64,000 nucleotides of DNA from Tubulanus polymorphus. Taxonomy: Eukaryota; Animalia; Nemertea. Of the stretch, positions 38,701 through 52,264 are shown in pieces. The notes below the pieces were generated by a model. It saw nothing but the letters and a program-made list of their open reading frames with translations, had not been told where the DNA came from and ran no database searches. The translations under genes and the position numbers were made by a program. The DNA lies in the NCBI RefSeq assembly GCF_964204645.1, contig NC_134030.1, positions 22,980,210 to 23,044,209 on the forward strand, given 5' to 3'. Positions within the stretch are counted from its first letter, which is position 1; each line of letters starts with the position of its first letter.

Positions 38701-40490
38701 GCTCTGCAAAATGGCGCGAGCTGCCGTGTGAGGTCTCGCTTCAAAATTATTGTTTTATAGTAACTTAAGATTAACTATATCCATGGTTAGCAATTTATAT
38801 TATATTCATTGCTATAAAGAGACCATAAAAATTAAAGTTTTCCTTCATTTCATCAGTTTTAATGCAGACCTGTCACCACAGGTCCCGAAGGCTCTGCAAA
38901 ATGGCGCGAGCTGCCGTGTGAGGTCTCGCTTCAAAATTATTGTTTTATAGTAACTTAAGATTAACTATATCCATGGTTAGCAATTTATATTATATTCATT
39001 GCTATAAAGAGACCATAAAAATTAAAGTTTTCCTTCATTTCATCAGTTTTAATGCAGACCTGTCACCACAGGTCCCGAAGGCTCTGCAAAATGGCGCGAG
39101 CTGCCGTGTGAGGTCTCGCTTCAAAATTATTGTTTTATAGTAACTTAAGATTAACTATATCCATGGTTAGCAATTTATATTATACTCTTTACTATAAAGA
39201 GACCATAAAAAATAAAGTTTTCCTTCATTTCATCAGTTTTAATGCAGACCTGTCACCACAGGTCCCGAAGGCGCTGCAAAATGGCGCGAGCTGCCGTGTG
39301 AGGTCTCGCTTCATAATCATTGTTTTATAGTAACTTAAGATTAACTATATACATGGTTAGCAATTTATATTATATTCATTACTATAAAGATACCATAAAA
39401 AGTGAAGTTTTTTCCATTTCATCAGTTTTAATGCAGACCTGTCACCACAGGTCCCGAAGACTCTGCAAAATGGCGCGAGCTGCCGTGTGAGGTCTTGCTT
39501 CAAAATTATTGTTTTATAGTAACTTAAGATTACCTATATCCATGGTTAGCAATTTATATTATATTCATTACTATAAAGATACCATAAAAAGTGAAGTTTT
39601 TTACATTTCATCAGTTTTAACGCAGACCTGTCACCACAGGTCTCGAGAAGCTCTGCAAAATGGCACGAGCTGCCGTGTGAGGTCTCGCTTCAAAATTATT
39701 GTTTTATAGTAACCTAAGATTAATTCTATCCATGGTTACCAATTTATATTATACTCTTTACTATAAAGAGACCATAAAAATTAAAGTTTTCCTTCATTTC
39801 ATCAGTTTTAATGCAGACCTGTCACCTCAGGTCCCGAAGCTCTGCAAAATGGCGCGCGTTGCCGTGTGAGGCCTAAACTAATTAATCAGTGTTATGTCTA
39901 ATTTATGTCAACTTATAAGCTTGGACTGAAATGTTTTTAAATTGTATGTACACTTGGTTAATTAATTATATTGCGAGTAATTAATAATAATATATAATAA
40001 TATAGGGCCTAATCTTAATGAGTGTTATTAATACTGATTATGATTACAAGGCACTACTGGTATCATTTTGCCTGATCTTGATATTTTTATGTTTCGTGTT
40101 ACAAAAAAATAAATTAATTGTAAACAATTCGTTCAATGTTCTCCAATAATTCACAATCATTCCATCTTTATTATTATAAGGCGATATAGTTCAACAACTT
40201 TTTATAAACGGACAAACATAAATTCTTAAATGAATTTATAACACATCATAGTTTGTTTTTTGTTTTTGAATAATATATTCAGAAAGCACTACGATATGTT
40301 CTTTGTGTTCTTATCGGCTATGATTTGTTGTAAATCCGCGCCTATCATATCTTCTAATCGCCTATCATCGGTTCAGTCATAACGATTTTCATTTTAGCGA
40401 ATCGACCTGTCACCTGAGGTCCCACCTGTCATGTCAGGTCTTGGGCCCTGACATGACAGGTTCTGGAAACTCTGCAGACAGACCTAAATG
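35743..40490. mobile_element. Non-autonomous TIR DNA transposon (P- or hAT-like, 8-bp TSD) containing a satellite array
   Basis: TSD TAAAATAG at 35735-35742 and 40491-40498; ~65-bp TIRs with core GTCTGTCTGCAGAGTTTCCAGAACCTGTCATGTCAGG; no transposase ORF. Confidence 0.85.
36380..39872. repeat. 190-bp satellite, ~18 copies, partial 4-mer higher-order structure
   Basis: Unit contains the GACCTGTCACCACAGGTC palindrome and CAAAATGGCG. A diagnostic variant (AAGATACCATAAAAAGTGAAG) recurs at ~36916, 37676 and 38437 (period ~760). Confidence 0.96.
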
Positions 40491-40511
40491 TAAAATAGGC
40501 GCTTAACTTAC

Positions 40512-40818
40512 CTCGATTTACGGTAACAAAATCGTCAAATTACTGGTTATTTCAACTTCGCGCCTCCATATTGATTTGATTTGATTGATTTCCATAGATC
40601 GTACGATGCTGCCACCTGTCGTCTCCTACAGGCACTACGACTAACCATGTTCGAATCCCGATATTTCAATTCTACTTCAAAATTATTTTCCTACGAAATC
40701 GATCGGCTTTTTTTCCCAAACATAAGAATAAATGTCATTTTTACCCGTGAATCAGATTCATTGATAGCAGCAGAGGAAAAATATCGATTCGATTGACTGA
40801 CGTCCTGTGCAGTCAGCC
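40512..40818. promoter_or_regulatory. Probable GCNA non-coding first exon and shared head-to-head promoter with the polycystin-like gene
   Basis: Minus-strand donor GAG|GTAAGT at 40512 with no open frame; the divergent ATG at 40819 is ~300 bp away; TGACGT at ~40798. Confidence 0.5.
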
Positions 40819-43800
40819 ATGAATGACCGAGAGGGCCGCAGCGGCACGGCACCAATTTCAAAAATGTTCAGTCAATCATCGCGACTGTTCTGGTACCGAT
40901 CAAACGAAACTGATACGCAAAATACATCGCAATTTATCCCGTTGAACTCGTATATAACTGATGCAGATGGATCGAAAAGTGATGCGGTAGATTTAACCCG
41001 ATTACAACCGACGGAAAACGAGCATCTTATCAGTCATTATTCGCACCACGTCGCATCTTCAGACCGGCGCCGCGGTTCTACTCGTTACAGAGCCTTACTG
41101 TTTCCAGCATTACTTTCTATTGCTGTATTTATGTGTCTTATATTTGTTATAGGTAATTCATTATAAAACAAGTCACAAGCCTCAAATTCTTCGTAATCCA
41201 CGCAGCCACACTTTGATTTTGAAGCCAAAAGCCCATCATCCGATCCATAAGCCAGGCCCCTCTAGGCTATTATAAAACAAACAAACTATAAAAAGGCCCC
41301 CTATTAGGACTGGAGGACAAAGTTAGGCCTAACGTTACGTATTCTAAATGGATTTACTATAAGTATATATTTAAAAATTCATAGAATTTAAATATATTGA
41401 CAAAACATGAGAAATCTATCAATCTTAGAGGTTAATAGTCCTGGTTTATTTTTGTCTGGGATTCAGATTTTGGGGGATATTAAGCTTGGACGACTGCATA
41501 GTTTCACTGGTTATAATATGATGACAAATTTGAGATTATGATAAAGCAGCTACCCCTAGTAGGGTTGAGTTGAGTAGACTGTGAGACCCCCTAAAATGGA
41601 TTAGCCTAAATACAAGTGTTCTAATTCATTGATTAAGTATTGAAAAAACTAGTGAACCTTTCCTTTTGTCTGGGATCCAGTCTTTGGACTGCACGCAGTG
41701 TCACTGGTCGGATATGATGACAAATTTGAGATTTAAAATATCCCAAAATTGATCCCTGGCAAAAAACATTAATCAGAAAGTTGAGATGCTATTTATGGTT
41801 TTTTGTTTTTCAGCGCAGGATATAAAAACCAGCGACGCGTCGATCCCAACTACTGACGTCATTCCTACGACAAACAGCAGCGGTACAAACCAGTCTTATC
41901 AGAATCCAGCTCACTACAGTCGACAACTGCGGTTTATCATCATCAGAGATAAGATAATCACTGCTCCTGAGGATAATCCTCCTCTACTTACCCCGCTTAC
42001 TTATCAAGTGAATAACTACTGCGTTATAGCGATATCAGCGATATTAATGGCTGCATTCACTGCTTCGTTGATTAAACTGTTTATCAGATATTTCAACATC
42101 GACTCTCAGGTAAGAGACTGGGCTCCCGGGTTGAGGGGTTTCGGCACCAGGGGGCGCTGCGTTAGTCCCTCGTAAATTGATGCTCGTCCTTAAATTTCAG
42201 TCTTCAATTCTACACATCCCGAAAACATCAGAAAGCGACACCTATCCGTACGTTGTAGAACTACAGACAGGATGGAGAATAGGTAATTATAGCAATCATT
42301 GCAGCAGACATGTCAAATGATCAACCCGCACTGACTGTGTGTTTATTTATATACAGGTAGCGCCACCTCGTGTGGAATCAGCGTACTATTATCCGGTAGT
42401 GAAGCGACCAGTGCGTTGTATGATTTGAGTAAATCAGTCCTGCGCCAGAACCGAAACCGCATTTTATTCAAAACCGCCGCAACTGATATGTTCCTAGTTT
42501 GGACGAAAGGTAATTAGTGTTCAATTAATTAGTGTTTGATCAATTAGCGTTCATCATAACCATCTAAACTGCAGTGCGGTGTATAAATCAGTGATGGACT
42601 TTGTTGGTACATCGCACCACGGTGTATTTATCCTGTAAAATATAAGTAACTAAACCGCACCACGATGCACTATTAAAGCAGTATGCCTCCCGTTATTCAA
42701 CACACAAGGGATGGAATTTTCAAATCATCTGAATTCAGCAGGGTTTAATAAGTGTTTAATTAGTGTTTAATTAGTCATCTTGCGAAGGTAATTGTAATAT
42801 TGTGTTTAATGTGTTTTGTAGAATGTCTCGGAGATGTCGTCAATTTAGAAATACATCAAAAAGGATTCGACACTTGGTAAGAAACGTCTTTTACATTTCT
42901 CTCCTCTCTTACTATATTCTTCTCTCCACCAGGCTGCGGACTGATGGGCTGCGGGCTGATGGGCTGCGGGCTGCAGGCTGAGGGGCTACAGGCTGAGGAC
43001 TGATGGGCCGCTGGCTGATGGGCTGTGGGCTGCAGACTGATGGGCTGTTTGACTGCGGACTGATGGGCTGCAGACTGATGGCCTGCAGGCTGATGGGCTG
43101 CGGACTGACGGGCTGCAGAGGGGCTGATGGGCTGCGGGTCGATGATATGGTTTGATAATGCTGTATTGATTATTTACAGGTATATAGATCGTGTAATGGT
43201 GTATGATATCGTCACCGGTCGTTGTTATAAAGCACAAGTTAATCACTGGTTAGAATCAATAGGTGGCAGCACTCAACGACACGATATACCCCTGTCTTCA
43301 GCGGAAAACAATCGCGATATGAAATACAGGTTAGTTCTCAAACACCAGTGGCTCCCCCTGTCTCACTGCTGAGTGGAACCTACAGTGGCTCCCCCTGTCT
43401 CACTGCTGAGTGGAACCTACAGTGGCTCCCCCTGTCTCACTGCTGAGTGGAACCTACAGTGGCTCCCCCTGTCTCACTGCTGAGTGGAACCTACAGTGGC
43501 TCCCCCTGTCTCACTGCTGGAGCCTACAGTGGCTCCCCTTGCCTCACTGCTGAGTGGAACCTACAGTGGCTCCCCCTGTCTCACTGCTGAAGCCTACAAT
43601 GGCTCCCCCTGTCTCACTGCTGAGTGGAACCTACAGTGGCTCCCCCTGTGTCACGTACAGTGTTATATAATTTCAGTGAATATTTTTGGAGTCATTACAC
43701 AAATCTTCACTTGTGGCTTGGTTTAATTAAAAGACGAGACCACTATTCACCGACATACTCATCAATCGTCAATCTACAGCTGTGTTTGTGTCAGATCAGT

Positions 43801-45682
43801 TACGTCTGCGCCGTCGTCACCTTACTCACTTCACTCTACCGTCAGCCGTCAGATGGCGCCACCGATGACATCACAGATGACTCGTTTGATGTGAAATGTA
43901 GCTATGTCGTCGGTTCAGCCATTTTTGCGTCAGTTCTAACTTGGACAATTGAATTATTCGCTAGAAAGATACGACTTCCTCAACAGGTAGGCGGTTACCT
44001 GCTAGGGGGGGCTATCTGGGTCTCCTGCTGGGGGGGGGCTATCCGGGTCTCCTTCTAGGCGGGGGGATGTCTGCAGTCTGGGAGAACAATCCAAAAATGA
44101 ATGACTGAGACCAAGAATAATGAAATGCTGCTGTTTTGATTGATTTTTAAAGATATTTAAAAAGTCTGAAATTATTTTATAGGTTTTGAATATGACGAAA
44201 AATTGGATGATCGGATTCTTGAAAGTTGAGGAAATAAAGGATGAGGATGAATTGACATCAGAGGAAAATGAAGAGGTCATCAATGAATGCGACGCCGATG
44301 AGAATGAAGAGGAAACGATCACGCGATCTGATCACCCGGAGGAAACGATCACGCGATCTGATCACCCAGAGGAAATGATCACGCGATCTGAGAATCCTGA
44401 TCGTTCTGTGATCGTGAATCAACAGGAATCAGTGATACTAGCTAAGGTGAATCAACTAGATTCAATCGGGAATATGTCTACAACTGATACTGGAGGAATC
44501 AGTGATTCACAAGGAATCGAACGAAGAAGTCAAGATTCATTCGGAAGTAAGAAAGTTCTCACTGGAAGTTTATCCGAACATTCATCAGTGATACATGCTG
44601 AACCGAGTAGGGGTTTATTCACATGCTGCACGGGCAGGCAAAATACTCAAGGTCAAGTGGAAATGCCTGAGGATAATCCACCGGAAATATCGTCGTCAGA
44701 ATCGAGAACAGAACAAAAACAAATATCAGTAGAGAATGTTTGCATAGACAGAGAAGAGAGATTGGAGAGAGTGGAGAAAGAGAGAGTGGAGAGAGAAGAG
44801 ATAGAGGAGAGAGTGGAGAGTGCAGGAGAGAAGGAGACCACTGGATCTGTAGCTGACTCCTCGGATGACAATATTAAACCGGTTAAAGAATTTTCACAGA
44901 AAGACGAAAACCTTCAGAAATTGAGAAATATCAAATTAGAAACGAATCCTGGTGGAGGATTGTGCTGTGCTGGAGGTCATAAAACACACACAGCACAGCA
45001 GCAGCAGCAGCACCAGCACCAGCAGCAGCAGCAGCACCAGCAGCAGCAGGAGCAGCAGCAGCAGCACCAGCAGCAGCACCAGCAGCACAGCTCATCGAGA
45101 AGTCTGAAGTTTTGGAAAGCTCCAGATGCGTCAATTGATGAACATCAATTTGGTAATCTAGAAACTGGTGAAAATGTAGGAGATCTAGAAACTGGTGAAC
45201 ACGTAGGAGATCTAGAAACTGGTAAAAATGTAGGAGATCTAGAAACTGGTGATAATGCAGGAGATCTAGAAACTGGTGATAATGTAGGAGATCTAGAAAC
45301 TGGTGATAATGCAGGAGATCTAGAAACTGGTGATAATGCAGGAGATCTAGAAACTGGTGATAATGTAGGAGATCTAGAAACTGGTGATAATGCAGGAGAT
45401 CTAGAAACTGGTGATAATGTAGGAGATCTAGAAACTGGTGATAATGTAGGAGATCTAGAAACTGATAAATCAGATAAGATTCTGCAGCATCTAGAATCAT
45501 TGAATACTAATATAAACGCCAATACATCGGACTCTGAGGAAGAGGGGAGCAGCGAGGGGAGTGATGATGAATTACCGTATCCATGGAAACTATATGCACC
45601 GACAACAATGAAACACTATCGGTCAATTAAAGGACCGATATCGAAACATAGTTACAGCAAAAATCAGAAACGTGAGCCGACC

Positions 45683-45727
<45 letters not shown>

Positions 45728-47845
45728 CAGGCTGAGACCCAACAGGTCCGTGGTGGACCCAGTTACCAGCAGCAGAGTTATGAAGCTAGGAGTAATGTAT
45801 ATCAGCTGGGATCAGGTCTCATTTCCCCGCACACTTTTACTAGGGTTGAAAACTTCACAAATATGGATGAAATGATTCAAGAATTTCGACCCCAAAAAAT
45901 CAAAAGCGATAAAAATAGAAACTCATCGTCTTTCATCATTCCCAAAATGGACGCTCGAACTAACAGTAACTGTCGACGAGTTCTCAATAGAATGAAGAGG
46001 AGAAATGAGAAGGAAAATGAAGATGAAAACCGAGTTGGATTCGCTGCTGCTACGGTTGAGGTTAAATCGGATCCGGTAGATTCATATATATTCAAATTAG
46101 CGGCCGGATTAGTTCAGTACGCAGCAGACAGAGCATTGATAGAGGTCAAACGTGAAGGTCATCAGTCACAGGTCAAACGTGAAGGTCATCAGTCACAGGT
46201 CAAATGTGAAGGTCATCGGTCACCAGCTGATAGAGTAACCAGTTACCGAGCAGCAGCAGCAGCAGCAGCTACAGCTGGAGGAAGGAGCCCTTTTATGATT
46301 TATAGAGCAGTAGATCTGATAAATAAAACTCCAGAGGAGCTTAGGTTGAAAAAACTGCTAGGAGCAAACCATCCTGCCACATTAGGAGCAAACCATCCTG
46401 CAATAGGAGCAAACCATCCTGCAGTAGGAGCAAACCATCCTGTAGTAGGAGTAAACCATCCTGCCACATTAGGAGCAAACCATCCTGCAATAGGAGCAAA
46501 CCATCCTGCAGTAGGAGTAAACCATCCTGCCACATTAGGAGCAAACCATCCTGCCACATTAGGAACAAACCTTCCTGTAATAGGAGCAAACCATCCTGCA
46601 GTAGGAGTAAACCATCCTGCAGTAGGAGTAAACCATCCTGCCTCATTAGGAGCAAACCATCCTGCCACATTAGGAACAAACCTTCCTGTAATAGGAGCAA
46701 ACCATCCTGCAGTAGGAGTAAACCATCCTGCAGTAGGAGTAAACCATCCTGCCTCATTAGGAGCAAACCATCCTGCACCTCCTACAGGAATATCTCCAAT
46801 AACTGCTCCTATGAGACCTGGTCCGGTCCCGGACTGCGCTCGTCCTCAAACTACAGACGCACTGATAGATAACACTATAAGCGGGATACCGGCTCGATAC
46901 CGGTATATCAGTGACGCGATAATCAACGATTCCAATAGAATTTCACAACTCCAACAAATAACTGATTTCTATAAACAACGCGGGGGGTCGGAATTAACCA
47001 ATCAAAATACAACGCGACAACAATCAAACATGACGAGTATCGGGACAGGTTTAGAGGTATCCGAGAGTACCGTTACTCGGATACTGACCGCTATAGATAG
47101 TGGTCAGTCTCCTACAGTCGCGTTCACACATCACGCGATACCGCCACCAGGTGGCGCCACTTCTACTCATAAATGTAAAGTGTATCGTCAAGGAGACCAG
47201 ATTCCAACAGATCTGTGTTTATATTTCACTAGTAGCGGAGATGAGTCACCTTCACCCCCTCCACGCGCCAAGCATCGACGACGTAACAATACAGATACAA
47301 CTCTAGTCGCCACGGATACCGCAGAGTCCGTCGAGACTCTAAAACCGAGACGTAGTTACGAGCAGCACCACCAGACGGCGCCGACGGGTTTAAATACGGG
47401 ACCGCGTCGGTTTAAATCCGATTCGATATTCCTAACAATGGACGACCTTCACGACGCCGGCGGTACGCTAGTTATAGATATAGAGGGCGCTAGCGACCAC
47501 GCGGCCGACCGACCCCGTAAAATCGTATTATCATCGGACGCCACTAGGGGGCAGACGGAGGAGGATTGTTTGTACTCGGAGAGCGCTCTGATTGGTTTAG
47601 AAGCGGCGGTAAGAGGTGATATGGATAAACCATTACCTCATTTCACTATTCACCTGGTTTATCTATTCACAGGTTTATCACTGATATCTGCCGTTTTATT
47701 CACTGTTTTATACGGGATTCAATATTCTATAGAAATATCCATTCATTGGTTGATTTATGTAATTATTGCTTTTATCATACAATTTATTGTATTAGAAACT
47801 GTGAAAATATTCATCGTTTCATGTTGTATGAGATGCATTGAGTAA
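40819..47845 (+). CDS. Polycystin-1-like (PKD1L-related) PLAT-domain membrane protein, truncated; exons 40819-41152, 41814-42109, 42201-42282, 42357-42509, 42822-42876, 43180-43329, 43677-43986, 44183-47845
   Basis: PLAT motifs YPYVVELQTGWRIGSAT, LFKTAATDMFLVW, LGDVVNLEI, WYIDRVMVYD..TG..Y....NHWL, then HLWLGLIKR; C-terminal PLPHF...VLYGIQY....HWL....F..QFIVLETVKIF matches PKD1 TM4-TM5. Confidence 0.78.
42932..43137. repeat. CTGATGGGCTG degenerate minisatellite
   Basis: Intronic tandem. Confidence 0.82.
43346..43652. repeat. 37-bp minisatellite (CAGTGGCTCCCCCTGTCTCACTGCTGAGTGGAACCTA), ~8 copies
   Basis: Intronic tandem. Confidence 0.92.
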
Positions 47846-47848
47846 TAT

Positions 47849-48352
47849 CTGGATCCACATCGGGGACAGATCCACATCAGGGGTGGATCCACGTCATCAG
47901 GGACAGATCCACATCGGGGATAGATCCACATCAGGGACAGATCCACATCGGGGATAGATCCACATCAGGGGTGGACCCACGTCATCAGGGACAGATCCAC
48001 ATCATCAGGGACAGATCCACATCGGGGACAGATCCACATTAGGGGTGCATCCACGTCATCAGGGGTGCATCCACATCAGGGACAGATCAACATTAGGGAC
48101 ATATCCACGTCATCAGGGACAGATCCACATCGGGGACAGATCCACATCAGGGGTGGATCCACGTCATCAGGGACAGATCCACGTCATCAGGGACAGATCC
48201 ACATCGGGGACAGATCCACATTAGGGGTGCATCCACGTCATCAGGGGTGCATCCACATCAGGGACAGATCAACATCAGGGACAGATCCACATCAGGGACA
48301 GATCCACATCCACAGGTGTCTGCGTCAGATCCACGTCAGATGTCTGCGTCAG
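47849..48352. repeat. GATCCACATCAGGGACA-type minisatellite in the 3' region
   Basis: Tandem ~17-20-bp variants starting immediately after the stop codon. Confidence 0.88.
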
Positions 48353-49061
48353 ACTTGTACAAATTCATCACATTTTTTGAACGCCCTTCATTTCATCATC
48401 AACACAAACTGTTGAATTTCATTGAGATTAATATTGCCCTCTGTTTGTCAATTTATTCATATTGAGCTTGTAAATATAATAATAATAATATGTTGTTGAT
48501 ATTAAATGATTAATAAGAAATGAGTTTATATTATGTTGTTATTTTATAAATCAAATACAGTTGCATGAAAATGAAAAATATTTAAAAACACAGTAATCAA
48601 TATTCAATCTTATTGTTATTTCATGGTCTTTAGGGAAAGTGATCAGTGGCAGGTGAGGAGACATCGACAGGAGTCTGTGGCACGTGAGGAGACATCGACA
48701 GGAGTCTGTGGCAGGTGACTTGAAGAATTCCTTCCTCAAACAAACGAAGTCAATATCTAAATTCTCATTACATAAAATAATTATTTTTATCTACCATTTT
48801 CATTAATTACACAATAATTAATAAATTACCTCACTTGCCAGGGGTCAGAATCTTATTGACTAGTCAAATAAACTCGATAACAAATACTCATTGTCAAATC
48901 TTAAGTCTAAATAGGTTTAAAATAACCCTGAATATATTTGTGGAGCCAGCCCTGGCAGGTGAGCTTTACTTTGATAAAACCCGTTTTGATCGTAAAACGA
49001 GGTTTAAATGCAGAGAATATGGAATAACAATCGAGGCACGGAACGTGGCGTCGTAAACCGC

Positions 49062-52000
49062 TCATTTCTTCGTCGCTAGTTTCCTCTCCTTACCGTAAAG
49101 ATTATCCATAATGAGACCGAAGAACACAAAACCGGTTCCGATCCATTGTCGCGACGACATCGCGTGATTAAATAAAACAATCGACGCTAGGATCGTAAAA
49201 AACTTCCTCGTCGTCGTGACGATTGAACACATCAACGGACCAAACGATGACACCGTTATAAATATAAAATTCTGAAATCGCAAACAAAAAGATCGTTTAG
49301 TTTTTCTACATTTTTGACAAAAAATCACTGAAACGAGTCGCTGATTTAACATTCAAAATTAACCACATTTTGATTATGAAATTGTAGCTGGCCCGATTGT
49401 GTGAAACTGGTGCTAGGATAATCTTTAGTTCTATAACTAATCTAATCATTTAACACCAGTCTTAAGATTTAAGATCTCTTTGAACTGAGGACTGAGGTCT
49501 TCACTGATTGTGGAACTGGGTTCTGAGCTGTGGAACTGGGTTTTGGACAGTGGAACTGAAATCTTCACTGTGGAACTGAAATCTTCACTGTGGAACTGGG
49601 TTGTGGACAGTGGAACTGGGTTGTGGACAGTGTTGGGGTTTGTGAGGTACTTACTTGACCAAGTGCACTTGCTAAACTAAAAGTGAGCATGTTGACGAGT
49701 ACGAATGGGTGTCGATTTACAAACGCCAAAAATGGAAACATTTCACCAGTGACTAAACTCACTACAAATAAACAACAAATCATAATACACTGCTACTGTG
49801 GCAAGTGAGGAGCCACCAGGTGGGGCTAGTAGTTACTCTAAAGTTGAAAGACTGTTACTATCGCCGCCTGGTGAGGATTCACAGAATAATCAGTACTTAC
49901 AAATTCCTAGAAATAGAACGGACCATAGATTCATATGTAACATCATATTGTGAGGTTGAACGGAGTATAATGAACGAGCTTTATCCTGTATGGCGCCTGT
50001 TAATCCATCCATTGTTAACGACAGAATCTAATCAAAATAATTCAACATTAATTAATGCCTTGAATATCAATCATTATATGTTACATCTGAAGAAAGCTAC
50101 GAATTCGCCATCTATCAGCAGAAAGGCACACTAGAGGAATAAGCAATTGGTTTTAGTTGCAAAGAGAGCTAAATGAACCCAGCACAAGAACGTCCCTCCT
50201 GAAGGCATTAAGAGATGCATCTTGTTAGCATTCTTGATAGTAAGCTACAAATTCGCCATCTATCAGGAGGGAGGCACACTAGAGGAATATTCAGGTTGGT
50301 CGACTCACCAATAGTAGTTCACCCATTCCTAACGGTAAACCGGAGGAATGCTCCGCTCCGGCGGATGGCCCTTGTTTCTCCGCGGCTGGTTTGTCTTTAT
50401 AAATAAAGAGGGCGACTCCGACGACAATAGACAGTACAAATAAATATTTCTGTAATGGGTAACGCTTGCGTGCTAGGAGCACTCCTAGTATCATCACCGG
50501 AATCGGCTTCACTGATTTACCTAACACCTGCAAACACCAACACAAAACACCTGCATTTCATTTAAACTGTTTCATAGATTTTAAACACTTTAATCGAGTT
50601 TAACCAAACACGATTCAGATTTTAGAGCTACAGGTCCCTGTTTTATAGACTGGTATTAACTTTAACCCGGAGGCTAACTCAATTCATTTTCATTTGAGTT
50701 AGCCGGTGGGTTAAAGATAAAACCAGTCTATAAAACCGGGCGTAGATCTTTAACAATCTGTCGCTGGTTCAAGATTTTCAAACGTTTTTGGATTGAAATC
50801 TCGGATACATAGCGATGAATGAATGTTAGTTATACCTGTGTGGGATAGTTGATGAACTGTAGAGCCTGATTACTGGCTAACATTGCTGTCAGATACGTGA
50901 CGGCACAAGCTGCAAACATCTTTATAGGTGTTGAATCACGCGTCTCGGGTTTACTACTCACCAACAATACTGGAAAATAGAATAAACTATAAATATGAGA
51001 CAGGGTTCCTACAGTTCAGCTAGCGGGGATATTCTCTTTAGCTCAGCGGTAGAACATCTGCCTTCGACGCCAGGCATCGAGAGTTCAAACCTCGCGAAGG
51101 ACAGATATTTCTTCCTGTTACAAATAAACTGAGTTTAATCTGATACAGTTTAATATTAACAGTGAAATATACAGCTGTATTTGTGGTGGATCAATAATAT
51201 TGATTTTTATTTAATTAATATTTCTGCTCTGATGCGAGTTCACACACAGCAGTGTGAGACTGAGAACACGTAACTATGTAAGGTAAGATGAATAGACTAG
51301 AAGGACCCCCTCACTCCCACCCCTCCCCCATCACTCCCCCAACCCCTAGCTCCTCCACCTCTCCCTTCTCTCAATACCTCACTCCCCACCCCCTCACTCC
51401 ACCCCTCTCTCCTCAATACCTCACTCCCCACCCCCTCACTCCTCCACCCCCTAGCTCCTCTGCCCCTCACTCCCCCTCACCCCCTCATGATTGAACTCAC
51501 CACATTTAGCGAATATAGAATTGATTATACACTGTATAAACACTAGTGTTATTGTAAACGTGAATCTCTCAGGTTTTTCTCCATTCAAATATTTTCCTTT
51601 CGTTCTGAAATTTGAAAAATCACAGTTTTAATTAAACAAGAATAAACAGAAATCAATGTTTTAGTTGATCTCTGCTGATCCGTCTGTCGTGCTCGTGTTC
51701 TTGGAGCTTTAGGTCTTTGGCCCATTCTCATCTCAGCAGGCTGACGAGTAGTTATAATTATGTGATAAGCAGGCCCTGCAGGTAGCCAGTAACCTGTCTG
51801 TGGTTTAGTTTCATGATCGGATATTTTCACAAACCACAAAAAAATATAAGACCATCCGATTATAAAAAGCTTACCACCAACGATTTAGGTAACTAACTGA
51901 TTAGTAACTAGCCCTACAGGCTGTAGGCTCGGCCCACAGGGGACTTGACACAAAAGGATTTTGACCCCAGTATCCTAGGTATTATAAAGACTATGTATAG

Positions 52001-52264
52001 TAACTAGGAATAATAGGATACTGGTGTCAAAATCATTGTGTCAAGTCCCTCCTGCTCTGTGTGGCTCGGCCAGGTTTGTGACTGAATCAAAAATAGTTTT
52101 TCGCAGACTTACATTTTCTCTTGAAGTATCCCATAGTAAAAATAACAGAGGAAAACTCCTAGGAAACAAACTATCAGCTTTTTGCGATCGTTTTGCATCG
52201 TTTTTGACGACGACTCACCGGCAAACTCGTCACCAACAATCGTAACTTTTGTTTCCGGGTTCAT
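49062..52264 (-). CDS. SLC35B1: Solute carrier family 35 member B1 (UGTrel1/AXER); exons 52113-52264, 51501-51604, 50836-50969, 50309-50527, 49901-50027, 49655-49761, 49062-49271
   Basis: [93 protein letters not shown]. Confidence 0.95.
50636..50740. mobile_element. Short palindromic MITE
   Basis: CCCTGTTTTATAGACTGGT...ACCAGTCTATAAAACCGGG inverted ends. Confidence 0.7.
51030..51102 (+). mobile_element. tRNA-derived SINE head / tRNA pseudogene
   Basis: A box TAGCTCAGCGG and B box AGTTCAAACC; stems are poorly paired. Confidence 0.55.
51933..52050. mobile_element. MITE family C copy 2
   Basis: Homologous to 20685-20792. Confidence 0.72.

Noticed and set aside
36467-39709. Repeated 66-69 aa ORFs (MFYSNLRL...) as a peptide gene array
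   Set aside because: They start at TTG, shift frame between units and simply mirror the satellite.
36380-39872. Minus-strand CTGATGA...GAAA in each 190-bp unit as a hammerhead
   Set aside because: Only 4-7 unpaired nt lie between CUGAUGA and GAAA, so stem II cannot form; likely chance in AT-rich sequence.
51030-51102. Functional tRNA gene (also 4565-4632)
   Set aside because: A/B boxes are present but the acceptor and anticodon stems do not pair properly; more consistent with SINE heads or pseudogenes.
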